A stretch of DNA of 64,000 bases, taken from contig JAXGTO010000002.1 in the NCBI GenBank assembly GCA_040774885.1, positions 39,328 to 103,327 of the forward strand. The letters are read 5' to 3'. The translations under genes and the position numbers were made by a program. Positions 18,259 to 28,719 of this stretch are shown here, piece by piece. Below the pieces are notes generated by a model. That model saw only the letters and a program-made list of their open reading frames with translations, had not been told where the DNA came from and searched no databases. Numbering within the stretch: position 1 is the stretch's first letter; each line of letters opens with the position of its first letter. This DNA is from Eggerthellaceae bacterium. Its GTDB lineage: Bacteria > Actinomycetota > Coriobacteriia > Coriobacteriales > Eggerthellaceae.

Positions 18259-18408
18259 GCAAATCCTTCCGCAGATGGAACCGATGAGCCGCCATTCCGA
18301 TACGCGCGTGTGTTTGCTTTGATTTGTACCCGCCATTCTGTTGGCCGATACCCCACCATTGTATATGATGGGCACGTCTTTACCGGTAAAGCCCAGTTTA
18401 CGAAGGCG

Positions 18409-19380
18409 ATGTCCATGCCCGCGATCATGACGCACGATTTTTTCGGCCGCGATCTCCTGGAATCCCAGGATCAACTCGTTGCAGACGGGCGCGATGCCCG
18501 CGATGCCTTCCTTTTGGGCAACCAAGGGCCCGACCCCTTGTTCTACCTGGTCATGGGACCCAAGCACCATAAAATGCATCGCCTGGGGCACATGATGCAC
18601 AACGAACGCCCCACGCAGCTTCTGGCCAATCTCAAAGAGGCGCTCCAGGTGCTCGACGATACGGAACGTCCCATCGGCGAAGCCTACGCAAAAGGGTTTC
18701 TGTGCCACTACACCCTCGATGCGCACATGCATCCGCTCGTATTCTCGGAGGAATACCGGATCTGCGATGCCGGCGTGGATGGCCTGACGCGGGAAGATTC
18801 CAGCGAGGTCCATGGCGTCATCGAAAGCGAGTTCGACGAAATGGTCCTCTACACCGAACTCGGCGTGACCGTGGCCTCCTATTCCCCCGCCGACAACATC
18901 TTGAAGGCCGACCCGTATGTGCTGCGCACCGTGCAGAAACTCTACGCGTTCATGGCCCTCAAGACCTATGGCCTGGTCATCCCCACCGACTTGTACCCCA
19001 GCGCCATCCGTTCGTTTCGAAGGGGAGTCGCGCTGTTCTACTCCCCCACTGGGCAGAAACGCGCCATACTTTCCGATGTCGAAGAATTGGTGCGCCCCTA
19101 TTCGCTGTTCCGCAGCATGAGCCACCGACCCATCGAGCTTGAAACGAGCATGTTCGACAATCACGACCACCATCCGTGGACCGACCCCTTCACCGGAGTT
19201 CAGAGCACGCAGGGTTTTTGGGATATCTACCGCGACGCCCAAACCATCGCCCTGTGCAACATAGCCGCCTTCCAGAAAAAGGGATTCAACGAAGAAGCGG
19301 CCCGCGGTATCACCCATGACCTCAATTTCTCAGGCGACCACACCGAAGCGGTCTTGGAATTGGAAGGCAAAACGGAATAG
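18409..19380 (+). CDS. Zinc-dependent phospholipase C-like family protein
   Basis: His-rich metal motifs (THDFFG, GNQGPDPLFY, HRLGHMMH, CHYTLDAHMHP). The start is approximate: Met codons lie at 18409, 18415 and 18427. Confidence 0.65.
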   Translation: MSMPAIMTHDFFGRDLLESQDQLVADGRDARDAFLLGNQGPDPLFYLVMGPKHHKMHRLGHMMHNERPTQLLANLKEALQVLDDTERPIGEAYAKGFLCHYTLDAHMHPLVFSEEYRICDAGVDGLTREDSSEVHGVIESEFDEMVLYTELGVTVASYSPADNILKADPYVLRTVQKLYAFMALKTYGLVIPTDLYPSAIRSFRRGVALFYSPTGQKRAILSDVEELVRPYSLFRSMSHRPIELETSMFDNHDHHPWTDPFTGVQSTQGFWDIYRDAQTIALCNIAAFQKKGFNEEAARGITHDLNFSGDHTEAVLELEGKTE

Positions 19381-19382
19381 CC

Positions 19383-20156
19383 ATGCTCGAAGTCGTCCTC
19401 ACCATACCGTTCTGGTTTGAAATGGTGGCTACCGTCACCGGTGCCATATCCGGCGCCATGAGCGCCTCACGTGCGAAATTCGACATCATCGGCGCTATGG
19501 CCATCGCAACGCTGGTCGGCTTGTTCGGCGGCGTGATGCGCGATGTGATGCTGCAAAATTACGGAATCTACGCCTTCCAAAAGCCCGAGCTCATCGTGGC
19601 CTGCGTCATCGCAGCCATCGTGGTGTTCTACTTCGGACGCCTGGTGAACTACCTCGACCCGGTAGTCGACCTCATCGATTCGCTGTCCGTGGGCTTGTGG
19701 GGCATCATCAGCGTGGGCAAAGCGCTTTCGGCCGGCGTGGGAATCGTTCCGGCCGTTGTGCTGGGCATCGTCACCGCCGTCGGCGGAGGCATCGTGCGCG
19801 ATGTCATCATGAACAAACCGGTTGCGGTATTCCAGGCCGGCACGCTCTATGGCGGAGCAGCGGTCATCGGCTGCATCGTGTTCGCGTTGATGAAGACCAA
19901 CCACATATTCGATGCATGGAGCTCGTACGCCTGCGTGGCGCTGGTGGTGCTGCTGCGTTATTTGAGCCTCTGGTTCGGTTGGCGGACCAAGCCGAGTCGC
20001 GATCTGACCGGCGATGTGGTCGATGCCGTGGCAAAGCCCGTCCGTGCGATAACCGGACGCCGCCCTCCCGCCCGCGTGCTGGATGAAGAGGAAAAGACCA
20101 AGAAGAAGATCTCGCAGCGCACGTTCAACAAGAAGCGCGACAAGAAGAAGAAATAG
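19383..20156 (+). CDS. TRIC / UPF0126 (YadS-like) cation-channel family membrane protein
   Basis: Two UPF0126 repeats (GAISGAMSA...GLFGGVMRDV and TAVGGGIVRDV), seven hydrophobic segments and a Lys-rich tail. Confidence 0.8.
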   Translation: MLEVVLTIPFWFEMVATVTGAISGAMSASRAKFDIIGAMAIATLVGLFGGVMRDVMLQNYGIYAFQKPELIVACVIAAIVVFYFGRLVNYLDPVVDLIDSLSVGLWGIISVGKALSAGVGIVPAVVLGIVTAVGGGIVRDVIMNKPVAVFQAGTLYGGAAVIGCIVFALMKTNHIFDAWSSYACVALVVLLRYLSLWFGWRTKPSRDLTGDVVDAVAKPVRAITGRRPPARVLDEEEKTKKKISQRTFNKKRDKKKK

Positions 20157-20161
20157 CCTCT

Positions 20162-20791
20162 CTAGGCGTTTTTCAAGATGATGGTTCCCATAAGATCGGC
20201 CACATGCTCGCATGCATCGGTGCATTCTTCCATCTTGGTGAAGATGCGCGACCACACCAGCACGCGCATGGGATTGTCCATATCGACCGTATGGAGGTTG
20301 CGCACCAGCTTGAGGTAGAGCTGGTCGGCTTCTTCTTCCAATGAATTCACGTTGACGATGGCGTCTTTGAAAGCCGTCGACTTCTTGAAGTTGACGAATT
20401 CGTCCATGGCCCCGCACAACGCCTCGGCCTCGCGTTTGATGATGTCGGCCAGCTGATGGGCGTCTTTGTGCATGAAATGGATATCCATCATGTAGAACAG
20501 TTGGATGATGTCTTCCATCTCATCGATGATCTCATCGAGGGCCTGCGAAAGCGACAGGATGTCATCGCGGTCGATGGGAGTGATGAAGTCGGTGGACATG
20601 GCGGTGAACGTATCGTGGTTGATGACGTCGCCGCTGTGCTCGAGCTCATGGGCTTCGGGCAAGCGCGCGGCCATCGCCTCGGCCGTGGTGAAGTTCTCGA
20701 TGACGTCGATGAGCAGATCGGCTTCTTGGCAGGCGATCTGCGTCTGATGCTTGAACGCCTTGAAGTAGTCGTATTTGGTCTTGCGGGGCAT
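20162..20791 (-). CDS. DUF47 (PhoU-like, YkaA-type) phosphate transport regulator
   Basis: Four-helix PhoU-like repeats. It lies immediately downstream of the PiT transporter, which is the usual pairing. Confidence 0.85.
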   Translation of the reverse strand: MPRKTKYDYFKAFKHQTQIACQEADLLIDVIENFTTAEAMAARLPEAHELEHSGDVINHDTFTAMSTDFITPIDRDDILSLSQALDEIIDEMEDIIQLFYMMDIHFMHKDAHQLADIIKREAEALCGAMDEFVNFKKSTAFKDAIVNVNSLEEEADQLYLKLVRNLHTVDMDNPMRVLVWSRIFTKMEECTDACEHVADLMGTIILKNA

Positions 20792-20800
20792 CGATTCTCC

Positions 20801-21871
20801 TTAGAACAGCATCAAGAACAGTTTAGCGAACACAAATCCCATCAGGCCGCATCCCGGGAACGTGAGCACCCAGGTTTTGACCATGTCGATGGCAACGCTC
20901 CATTTGACCGCGCTGCGGCATTTGGCGCGGCCCACGCCCATGATGGCCGTGGTGTTGGTGTGGGTGGATGAAACGGGAAGGCCGCCGAATGTGGATATCA
21001 CCAAGCAGATAGTGGAAGAAAGCGAGGCCGCAAAGCCTTGATAGCGCTCGAGTTTCACCATATCCATGCCGACGTTCTTGATGATGCGAGTACCGCCGGA
21101 AGCCGTGCCGATGCCCATGTTGAGGGCGCAGAAGATCATCAGCCATATCGGCAGTTGCAGCTGGCCCGCATCGCCCGATCCGATGGCCAGCGTAACGGCC
21201 AGCATGAAGATGGACATGAACTTCTGACCATCCTGCGCGCCATGCATGAAAGCCGCGCCGGCACCGGTGAATATCTGGCCGATCTTGAAGAAATGATCGG
21301 CCTTGGAGCGGTCGAAGCCCGAACAGAACCGTGCCAAAAGTTTTGCGAACAACCACCCGAATCCAAAGCCCATGAATGTAGAGAGCAAGATGCCGTAGAC
21401 GACCTTCATCCATTCCGCGCCGTTGACGCCGGCGAGCCCGCCTTGCAAGGCGATGGCGGCTCCCGTAAGACCGGCGATGAGCGAATGGGACTGGCTGGTG
21501 GGAATGCCGAACCACCAAGCCACGGCTCCCCAAACGATGATGGCCACCATGGCGGCAAGCAGTGCGATAAGTGCCGCATGGCTGTCTCCGCCGAAGTCGA
21601 CCATGTTGTAGATGGTGTTGGCGACAGCCGAAGAAACCAACGTGACGATGAGCAACCCCAAGAAATTGCAAACGGCGGCCATGAGAATGGCGGGGCCGGG
21701 CCGCATGCTGCGCGTTCCCACCAGCGTGGCGATGGCATTGGGGGCGTCGGTAGCGCCGTTGACGATGATGACGCCGACATTGAGAAGGGTCACTGCCACC
21801 AAGGCAGGATTCGACATCAATTCGGCAACGAACGTGGACAGCTCGATGGTCACGAAACGCCTTTCACCCAT
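20801..21871 (-). CDS. pit: Inorganic phosphate transporter, PiT family
   Basis: NGATDAPNAIAT and FMHGAQDGQK signatures in a polytopic protein. The start is uncertain: the GTG at 21853 has GAAAGG upstream. Confidence 0.9.
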   Translation of the reverse strand: MGERRFVTIELSTFVAELMSNPALVAVTLLNVGVIIVNGATDAPNAIATLVGTRSMRPGPAILMAAVCNFLGLLIVTLVSSAVANTIYNMVDFGGDSHAALIALLAAMVAIIVWGAVAWWFGIPTSQSHSLIAGLTGAAIALQGGLAGVNGAEWMKVVYGILLSTFMGFGFGWLFAKLLARFCSGFDRSKADHFFKIGQIFTGAGAAFMHGAQDGQKFMSIFMLAVTLAIGSGDAGQLQLPIWLMIFCALNMGIGTASGGTRIIKNVGMDMVKLERYQGFAASLSSTICLVISTFGGLPVSSTHTNTTAIMGVGRAKCRSAVKWSVAIDMVKTWVLTFPGCGLMGFVFAKLFLMLF

Positions 21872-22024
21872 GTGTTTGCGTTAGCGGTCGCTATTCTACC
21901 GTATCGTCAAGATTATTTATGATTGAACGATGACCCAATCGATGGGTTGGCGACCCACAGCCGCAGGTGGGATGAGAAATAAAATGGGAATCCGTTACAC
22001 AAGGGTACCCGAAGCGGCTATTGC

Positions 22025-22711
22025 TCACGAATATGCGTTTATGGTGCGCTGCCGTTCCGCCCCGATAGACGTGGTCTGATTGTGACCGGGCAGCACGATG
22101 GTGGCATCGTCGAGCGTGGCCAAAAGGCGCATGGAAGCCCGCATGGCGCCCATATCGCCGCCTTCGAAATCCGTGCGCCCGATGCTCCCGAAAAACAGCG
22201 TGTCGCCGGAAACCAGCACCGGCGCACCCTGGCTGTTGGTTCCATCTTCGGGCTTTACCAGATAACAGACACCGCCGGGCGTATGCCCCGGCGTGGCCAT
22301 AACCGTGAACGTGATGCGGCCAACCTGCACGGTCTGACCATCGGATACCTTCTGATCAACCGGGCAGGCATTCGCACCGCGCCGGCCCCCGTTTCCCTGA
22401 CCCGCCTCGATCAGCTTCGCGTCAACGGCAGACGCAACAACCCGGGCACCGGTCTCATCGCGCAACGCGCGCAATGCCCCAACGTGGTCCCAGTGATTGT
22501 GGGTGCACAGGATGGCGCTCACCGGTCTGCCGTCCACGGCGGCCATGATGGTTTCGGGGTGCGTGCTGGGATCGACCAGCACCACGCCGCCTTCACCGTC
22601 ATCAACGAGATAGACGTTGTTGTCTATCATGCCCAGCACGATGAACGAAACTGCCACGCAACCGCCGGTTACACGATGAATCTCATCGCCCTGCGAAAAA
22701 GAAAATGCCAT
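22025..22711 (-). CDS. MBL-fold metallo-hydrolase (glyoxalase II-like)
   Basis: THNHWDHVG metal motif, TPGHTPGG and GDTLF. Confidence 0.85.
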   Translation of the reverse strand: MAFSFSQGDEIHRVTGGCVAVSFIVLGMIDNNVYLVDDGEGGVVLVDPSTHPETIMAAVDGRPVSAILCTHNHWDHVGALRALRDETGARVVASAVDAKLIEAGQGNGGRRGANACPVDQKVSDGQTVQVGRITFTVMATPGHTPGGVCYLVKPEDGTNSQGAPVLVSGDTLFFGSIGRTDFEGGDMGAMRASMRLLATLDDATIVLPGHNQTTSIGAERQRTINAYS

Positions 22712-22739
22712 GGATACGCCTTTCCGGTTCGGTGTCGGA

Positions 22740-25169
22740 TCAGTGCTCGCCGGGCATCATGCGATGGGCGTCGAACACGCCCTCGATACCCTTGAGCTTG
22801 CCGATGATCTTGTCGATGGCAGAGACTTCGCTTACTTGAAACAAGAAGCGCATCTCCACCATGTTGTCGCGATGCGAGGTGGTGCTGGAAGAAAGCACGT
22901 TTGCTCCGGCTTCGGCCAGCACGATGGCCACATCGCGCAGAAGATTCATTCGGTCGAGCGCCTCGATGAGAATCTCGACCTTGTAAGAAATGTCGTTGTT
23001 GGGAGCGTTTTCCCATCGCACGTCTATGATGCGCTCGGGATGCGCCATCAAGCTGGCGGCATTGGGGCAGTCGGCCCGATGAACCGAAACGCCCCTGCCC
23101 CGCGTCACGAAACCGACGATGTCATCTCCGGGTACGGGATTGCAGCAGCGAGACAGGCGGACGAGAACGTCATCGATGCCTTTGACCACCACGCCGTTGC
23201 TCGCATGGACTTCACGTTTCTTCGGTTCCTTCACCGAGGTGATCATCGGAGGCATCATGCCGGTCATCATGGTGGCCGACTTCGATGTCGACGCTTCTTC
23301 ATGTTCGCCCGATCCACCATCGAGTATCTTGATCAAACGGTTTGCGACATGCTGGGTGCTTTCCTTGTTCGTTCCGATGTTCACCAGCATGTCGTCTGAA
23401 TCGCGGTATCCCATCTGCTCGGCCGCCTGCTTCATGGCACGCATGCCGCGAGCATTCGCGATCCCCAACCCGTGCTTGCGCATCTCGGTCGAAAGCTTCT
23501 CGCGTCCGGTTTCCAGATCATCGCCGCGCGTCACCCTGCTGAAATACGAACGGATCTTGCTGCGCGCGCTGGGGGTCTTCACCATTTTGAGCCAGTCGCG
23601 ACTGGGGCCGGCGCTTTTCTGGGTGAGGATATCGACGCGATCGCCCACCTGAAGCTCGTAGGACAAGGGAACGATGGAGCCATTGACCTTGGCGCCGACG
23701 CAATGGTTGCCGACCTCGGTATGGATGGCATAGGCGAAATCGACCGGCGTGGATCCGGAACGCAAGCTCATGACCTCGCCTTTGGGCGTGAACACGAACA
23801 CTTCAGAAGGGGCAAGATCGACTTTGAGCGACTTGAGAAACTCGCGCGAATCCTGCGTTTCGTCCTGCCAGTCGACCATTTGGCGAAGCCAGGCCAGCTG
23901 CTGGTCGAAGCTGGCATCGCCTTTAGCGCCCTTTTCCTTGTAGCGCCAATGGGCGGCCACGCCGTATTCGCTCATGCGGTGCATTTCCTCGGTTCGGATC
24001 TGAACTTCAAGCGGGCGTCCGGCCGGCCCGATCACCGTGGTGTGCAGGCTTTGGTACATGTTGAATTTCGGCATGGCGATATAGTCTTTGAAACGCCCGG
24101 GCATCGGGTGCCACAGGCTATGGACGGCGCCCAATGCCGAGTAGCAATCCTTCACCGAGTCCACGATGATGCGAACGGCGATGAGGTCGTATATCTCGGA
24201 GAACCCCTTGCCGCGATTGGTCATCTTCTGGTAAATGGAATACAGATGCTTGGGACGTCCCATGATCTGCGCATCGATGCCCAGCTTGTCCATTTCGCCA
24301 TGGAGGATGTCGATGGTCTTTTCCAGATACTCCTCGCGCTCGCCGCGACTCTCGGCCACCATGCGCGATACCTGCTTGAACTTGGCGGGCTCCAGATAGA
24401 AAAACGAGAGATCCTCGAGTTCCCATTTGATGGAGCTGATGCCCAGACGATGCGCAATGGGCGCGTATATCTCAAGGGTCTCGCGCGCCTTGAAGATGCG
24501 GCGGTCTTCCTTGAGCGCCGAAAGCGTGCGCATGTTGTGCAGGCGGTCGGCAAGCTTGATCACGATGACGCGGATGTCCTTGCTCATAGCGACGAACATC
24601 TTGCGAATGGTCTGCGCCTGTTCGTCGGAAAGGCTCTCCACCTCGATGCGCGTGATTTTGGTGACGCCGTCGACCAGTTGGGCGACGCTGTCGTTGAACG
24701 TTTCGCGCACCTGATCGAGCGTGACGCTCGAATCTTCAACCGTATCGTGCAACAGGGCGGCGGTAAGCGTTTCGGCATCCATCTTCAAATCCGCCAGGAT
24801 GAGCGCGACCTCAACCGGATGGGCGATGAACGGCTCCCCGCTTTTGCGGCATTGGCCTTCATGGGCATCGCGGGCGAACAAGAACGCCCGCTCGATCATG
24901 TCCTCGTCTTCATCGCTGAGATAGGCGGATGTGACCCTTTGCAGTTCGGCGAACCGCTCTTCGGGCGTGGCACGTGCCACCACCTTGCCGGGGTCAGCCG
25001 TGGCAGCGGGCGTGGTAAAGCTCATCTCGGCAGCATGCGGCCGGCCGATGAGCTCATCGGATCCATCGCTGAAACGGCTCGATCCACCGATCGTCTCGGC
25101 AGCCTGACCCAGCATCTCATCATCGGCCGTTGCGGGCCGCGCCGTGCTTTCGTCGGTCTTGTCGCTCAT
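22740..25169 (-). CDS. relA: Bifunctional (p)ppGpp synthetase/hydrolase
   Basis: HD domain (HPVEVA...HDTVED), synthetase domain (YQSLHTTV, EVQIRT), TGS and ACT domains. The ATG overlaps the stop of the upstream gene (ATGA), with an AAGGAGAGGGGG RBS. Confidence 0.95.
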   Translation of the reverse strand: MSDKTDESTARPATADDEMLGQAAETIGGSSRFSDGSDELIGRPHAAEMSFTTPAATADPGKVVARATPEERFAELQRVTSAYLSDEDEDMIERAFLFARDAHEGQCRKSGEPFIAHPVEVALILADLKMDAETLTAALLHDTVEDSSVTLDQVRETFNDSVAQLVDGVTKITRIEVESLSDEQAQTIRKMFVAMSKDIRVIVIKLADRLHNMRTLSALKEDRRIFKARETLEIYAPIAHRLGISSIKWELEDLSFFYLEPAKFKQVSRMVAESRGEREEYLEKTIDILHGEMDKLGIDAQIMGRPKHLYSIYQKMTNRGKGFSEIYDLIAVRIIVDSVKDCYSALGAVHSLWHPMPGRFKDYIAMPKFNMYQSLHTTVIGPAGRPLEVQIRTEEMHRMSEYGVAAHWRYKEKGAKGDASFDQQLAWLRQMVDWQDETQDSREFLKSLKVDLAPSEVFVFTPKGEVMSLRSGSTPVDFAYAIHTEVGNHCVGAKVNGSIVPLSYELQVGDRVDILTQKSAGPSRDWLKMVKTPSARSKIRSYFSRVTRGDDLETGREKLSTEMRKHGLGIANARGMRAMKQAAEQMGYRDSDDMLVNIGTNKESTQHVANRLIKILDGGSGEHEEASTSKSATMMTGMMPPMITSVKEPKKREVHASNGVVVKGIDDVLVRLSRCCNPVPGDDIVGFVTRGRGVSVHRADCPNAASLMAHPERIIDVRWENAPNNDISYKVEILIEALDRMNLLRDVAIVLAEAGANVLSSSTTSHRDNMVEMRFLFQVSEVSAIDKIIGKLKGIEGVFDAHRMMPGEH

Positions 25170-28100
25170 CGATCCCCCTCTCCTTGCGCCGGCGGGCATT
25201 CGTCGGTGGGAAGGATGGGCCGGGAAACACGGCGGCGCAATTCCTCGGCATCGCCGGAAAGGACCCATTGCCTGAATGCGCGGAATATCTCGATCTCGTC
25301 TTGTCCTTCGCGATAGCGCACGCTGTCGGTAAGTTCGACTTTGGGAGGATCGTCGTTGACGTGGATGGTGCGCGCAGCACCGTCTTCACCTGGAGCATTC
25401 GAACGCGTCTCGATGAGCCCCAACTCACGGAACACCGACACCGCGCATGCGGCGCTGGCGGGCTTGATCGGATGTTTGGGCTCAGCCTCGGAACACGACC
25501 GGGCCAAATCGGCGTTGGAAATGCACAGAGGCTCATTGGATCCGCTGCGCTGCAAATCACGTAGGCGGCGGTATACCTGGGCCATCGCATCATGGCTGGG
25601 AGTGGCGTCTTGCAAAATGCCCTCGTTGATGCGGGCATCGTCGGCCCCGAACAGCAGATGCACCTGCGCGGGCAAACCATCCCTTCCCACGCGGCCGCTC
25701 ATCTGGTTGAACTCAACCTCGTTGAATGGCAAATGATAGAGGACCACATGGCGGATGTTGGGGATGTCCACCCCCTCGCCGAAGGCGGACGTGGCAACCA
25801 GCACGCGCAGATCGTCTGCACGGAACAGTTCTTCGATGCGCGTGCGCTCCACACGGGCCAGCCCCGCATTGTAAAAGCCCACCATCGAAGCCATTTGGGG
25901 CACCTGTTTGCGAAGAGCACGCGCCAAAGACACCGATTGCTGACGGGAGTTCACGTAGATGACGGTTTTTTCACCCGTCGCAACCAAATTGGCGAGATAG
26001 GTTTCACGGCGGCGCGAATTGCGTTGGTCGTCGATGCTCAAATTGGGACGAGAGGTATCGTCGCAGATGCGCTCGACGATTCCGAGAGCCTCGCAGACGT
26101 CATCGGCCACTTCTGCAGAAGCCGTGGCGGTAAGGGCGAGGACCTTCCGGGGAGCCAGCCGCTCCACCGCTTGGGAAATGCGCGCATACGCCGTGCGGTT
26201 GCCGGCCTTGGCCAGCCCGATATGGTGGGCCTCATCCACCACCATGAAATCGATGTTGCCCGATTGGGCGAATTCATCGGCATGGAAGCTCAGGAACTCA
26301 GGCGTGGTGAGCACGATGTCGACCCCACCTTCGGCGATGCGCGCGAAAACACTGCGTCGCTGGTCAGGGGTCGATTCGCCCGTGAGCACTTCGCTCACGA
26401 CGCCGAATGGCGAAAGGGCGCGGTCCAGATGATAGGCTTGATCGGCGATGAGGGCGCGCAGCGGATAGACGAACAGGCTGACGCCGCCACCCGCGAGGGC
26501 ACGGCACGCCGCATGCACTTGGAAAGTGAGCGACTTGCCCCGTCCCGTGGCCATGACCGCCAACACCGAACGATCGGAACCGAGTGCATCGAGAACACGG
26601 CGCTGGGAATCGAACAGGGTCCCCTCTTCGCCGATGCATGCGGCAATGACGGCATCCTGCAATCCAGCAGGGTCTTCTGCAGCGCGTTTTTCCCAGCACG
26701 CGCGGTTTTTCTCGCACTCACGTTCGTCGCGCGCGATATCGGAAGCGCACTCAGAGCAGTCGGCGCACAACTCGGCGTCGCTGGCCGCATACAGATCGGA
26801 AACGAAGTTCACGTTGTCCGGCTGCAAGCACGCCTCCAAAGCGGCGCAAGGCGTGGCGGGAGCAAGCTGGCTGAGCATGGCCTTGACCGAACGACGTCCG
26901 CGATATTCATCTATCTGCACTTCGAATGCAGCATCGACCACGCTATCGCATTGCATGAGCGATGCAATGTCGGAACAATGGAACATGATGCCCGCAACCT
27001 GGGCGCGGCCATCGGTCAGCTGGCAGGAGAGGTGGTTTTTATCTGCCCCCACGGCCCGGCAGCGACCCAAGATGACATTGCGCGCCAAGAAGCGCGGAGG
27101 ACGATTCTCCTGGCCGAAGGGTGCCATCTGCTGCAACGCCTCGACGTTGGACATCGTGAGCTCTTCCAAACGAACGCAGGCATCGATTTCAACACGCGGA
27201 TGGAAACACTCTTCCGGCAAACCGTCCATGTAAGAGCACAGACGCTCGGTGAATTCGGGCAGACGGTCAGCAGGCAAGGTGACGCCTACGGCGGCCTCGT
27301 GTCCGCCGAAGCGGGTCAGCAGATCAGCGCAGCTTTCAACGGCCCGGAAAAGATTCACGTTGCCAACGCTGCGTCCGCTGCCACGCGCCTCGCCGTTCTC
27401 GTCGATAGTGAACAAAAGCGCAGGAACGCCGTACGTGCGCACCAGTCGGCTGGCCACGATGCCTTTGACGCCTTCGTGCCACCCTTCGCCCGACACCACC
27501 AATGCGCGCTGGCCGTGATAGGCTTCTTCGGCCTGCAAGCTGGCGATCTCAGCGAGTTCGGCCTCGATGGCGCGCCGTTGGCAATTGACTTCTTCCAAAC
27601 GGGCGGCCAGGCGACAGGCTTCGTCATAGTCGTCGCACATCAGCAGATCGAGCGCCAATTGCGCATCGCCCATGCGTCCCGCTGCATTCAGGCGAGGAAT
27701 GAGGGAAAAGCTCAGCGATGAGGCCTCGACGGGTTTGTCGGCTGCTCCGGCCTGTTGCAGCAGGGCTGCCAGACAGGGACGCGGGCTCTCGTTCATGCGC
27801 GCCACGCCATCTGCCACCAGCGCGCGATTGCCCGCCCGCATGGGCATGAGGTCGGCCACGGTGCCCAGCGTGGCCAAGTCGGTGTACTCGCGCCACAGGT
27901 GCGGCTTGCCGAATCGAGCGCCCAACGCCTGAACCACCTTGCATGCCACGCCCACGCCCGCAAGGATGGAACTGGGAGATTTGCTATCGAGCTTGGGGTC
28001 GCATACCGGCACGGATTCAGGCACCAGATCGGCCGGCTCGTGATGGTCGGTGATGACGACTTCGACCCCATGGTGCTGCAATGTCTTGACTTCGTTTTTG

Positions 28101-28543
28101 CATGCGATGCCGCAGTCGACGGTCACCAGCACTTCGGGCTCGGTTTCCATCACACGCGGGATGGCCGCTTCGGTGATGCCGTAGCCTTCGTCAGTGCGAC
28201 GCGGGATGAACGGCTCGGCCTTGGCGCCCAGCGCCCGCAACGCGCGGGTAAGCACCGTGGTCGAGGATATGCCGTCCAAGTCGAAATCGCCGAACACCGT
28301 GATACGGAGATCATCGCGCACGGCGCGCTCAAGCGCATCGACGGCATCGGACAGTCCTGCCACCTGATAGGGGTCGAGCCAATCGCGCTCGATGCTGGGA
28401 TGCAGGAACGCACGTGCCCGAGAGGGATCGTCGTGTCCACGCGCCACCAGCACGGCGGCCATGAAATGCGGGATATCCAACTCGCGCTGAAGCACGGCTA
28501 CAGCTTGGGCATCGGCCGCAAGGATGTTGAAACGGGTTGCCAT
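25166..28543 (-). CDS. recJ: RecJ single-strand exonuclease fused to a RecQ-like SF2 helicase
   Basis: aa 1-560 carry the DHH motifs (DFDLDG, VTVDCG, ITDHH) and DHHA1 (GGHEAAVG). aa 640-965 carry helicase motifs I MATGRGKSL, II VVDEAHH, III LTATA and VI QMSGRVGRDG. It is a single uninterrupted frame. Confidence 0.9.
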   Translation of the reverse strand: MATRFNILAADAQAVAVLQRELDIPHFMAAVLVARGHDDPSRARAFLHPSIERDWLDPYQVAGLSDAVDALERAVRDDLRITVFGDFDLDGISSTTVLTRALRALGAKAEPFIPRRTDEGYGITEAAIPRVMETEPEVLVTVDCGIACKNEVKTLQHHGVEVVITDHHEPADLVPESVPVCDPKLDSKSPSSILAGVGVACKVVQALGARFGKPHLWREYTDLATLGTVADLMPMRAGNRALVADGVARMNESPRPCLAALLQQAGAADKPVEASSLSFSLIPRLNAAGRMGDAQLALDLLMCDDYDEACRLAARLEEVNCQRRAIEAELAEIASLQAEEAYHGQRALVVSGEGWHEGVKGIVASRLVRTYGVPALLFTIDENGEARGSGRSVGNVNLFRAVESCADLLTRFGGHEAAVGVTLPADRLPEFTERLCSYMDGLPEECFHPRVEIDACVRLEELTMSNVEALQQMAPFGQENRPPRFLARNVILGRCRAVGADKNHLSCQLTDGRAQVAGIMFHCSDIASLMQCDSVVDAAFEVQIDEYRGRRSVKAMLSQLAPATPCAALEACLQPDNVNFVSDLYAASDAELCADCSECASDIARDERECEKNRACWEKRAAEDPAGLQDAVIAACIGEEGTLFDSQRRVLDALGSDRSVLAVMATGRGKSLTFQVHAACRALAGGGVSLFVYPLRALIADQAYHLDRALSPFGVVSEVLTGESTPDQRRSVFARIAEGGVDIVLTTPEFLSFHADEFAQSGNIDFMVVDEAHHIGLAKAGNRTAYARISQAVERLAPRKVLALTATASAEVADDVCEALGIVERICDDTSRPNLSIDDQRNSRRRETYLANLVATGEKTVIYVNSRQQSVSLARALRKQVPQMASMVGFYNAGLARVERTRIEELFRADDLRVLVATSAFGEGVDIPNIRHVVLYHLPFNEVEFNQMSGRVGRDGLPAQVHLLFGADDARINEGILQDATPSHDAMAQVYRRLRDLQRSGSNEPLCISNADLARSCSEAEPKHPIKPASAACAVSVFRELGLIETRSNAPGEDGAARTIHVNDDPPKVELTDSVRYREGQDEIEIFRAFRQWVLSGDAEELRRRVSRPILPTDECPPAQGEGDR

Positions 28544-28719
28544 GGATAATGCACCAACTTACCTGCGTGTGTTTTCTCACTTGCCATTATGCCATAAGCA
28601 AGTGGGCGCACATGCGCCGACGAAGGGTCTTGCCAGAAATAGGATGGAAGCGGAAGAACCCGTGCCAAAACATCGTTTCTCATAGACAGGGCCCTGCTTC
28701 GCGCTGTGGAGCCGACCGA

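Noticed and set aside
17017-19317. The 766-aa minus-strand ORF as a single gene.
   Set aside because: Only the C-terminal 413 aa (from MKRNGMNR, with a good RBS) are MFS-like. The N-terminal half is antisense to the phospholipase-C-like gene and has shadow-ORF composition.
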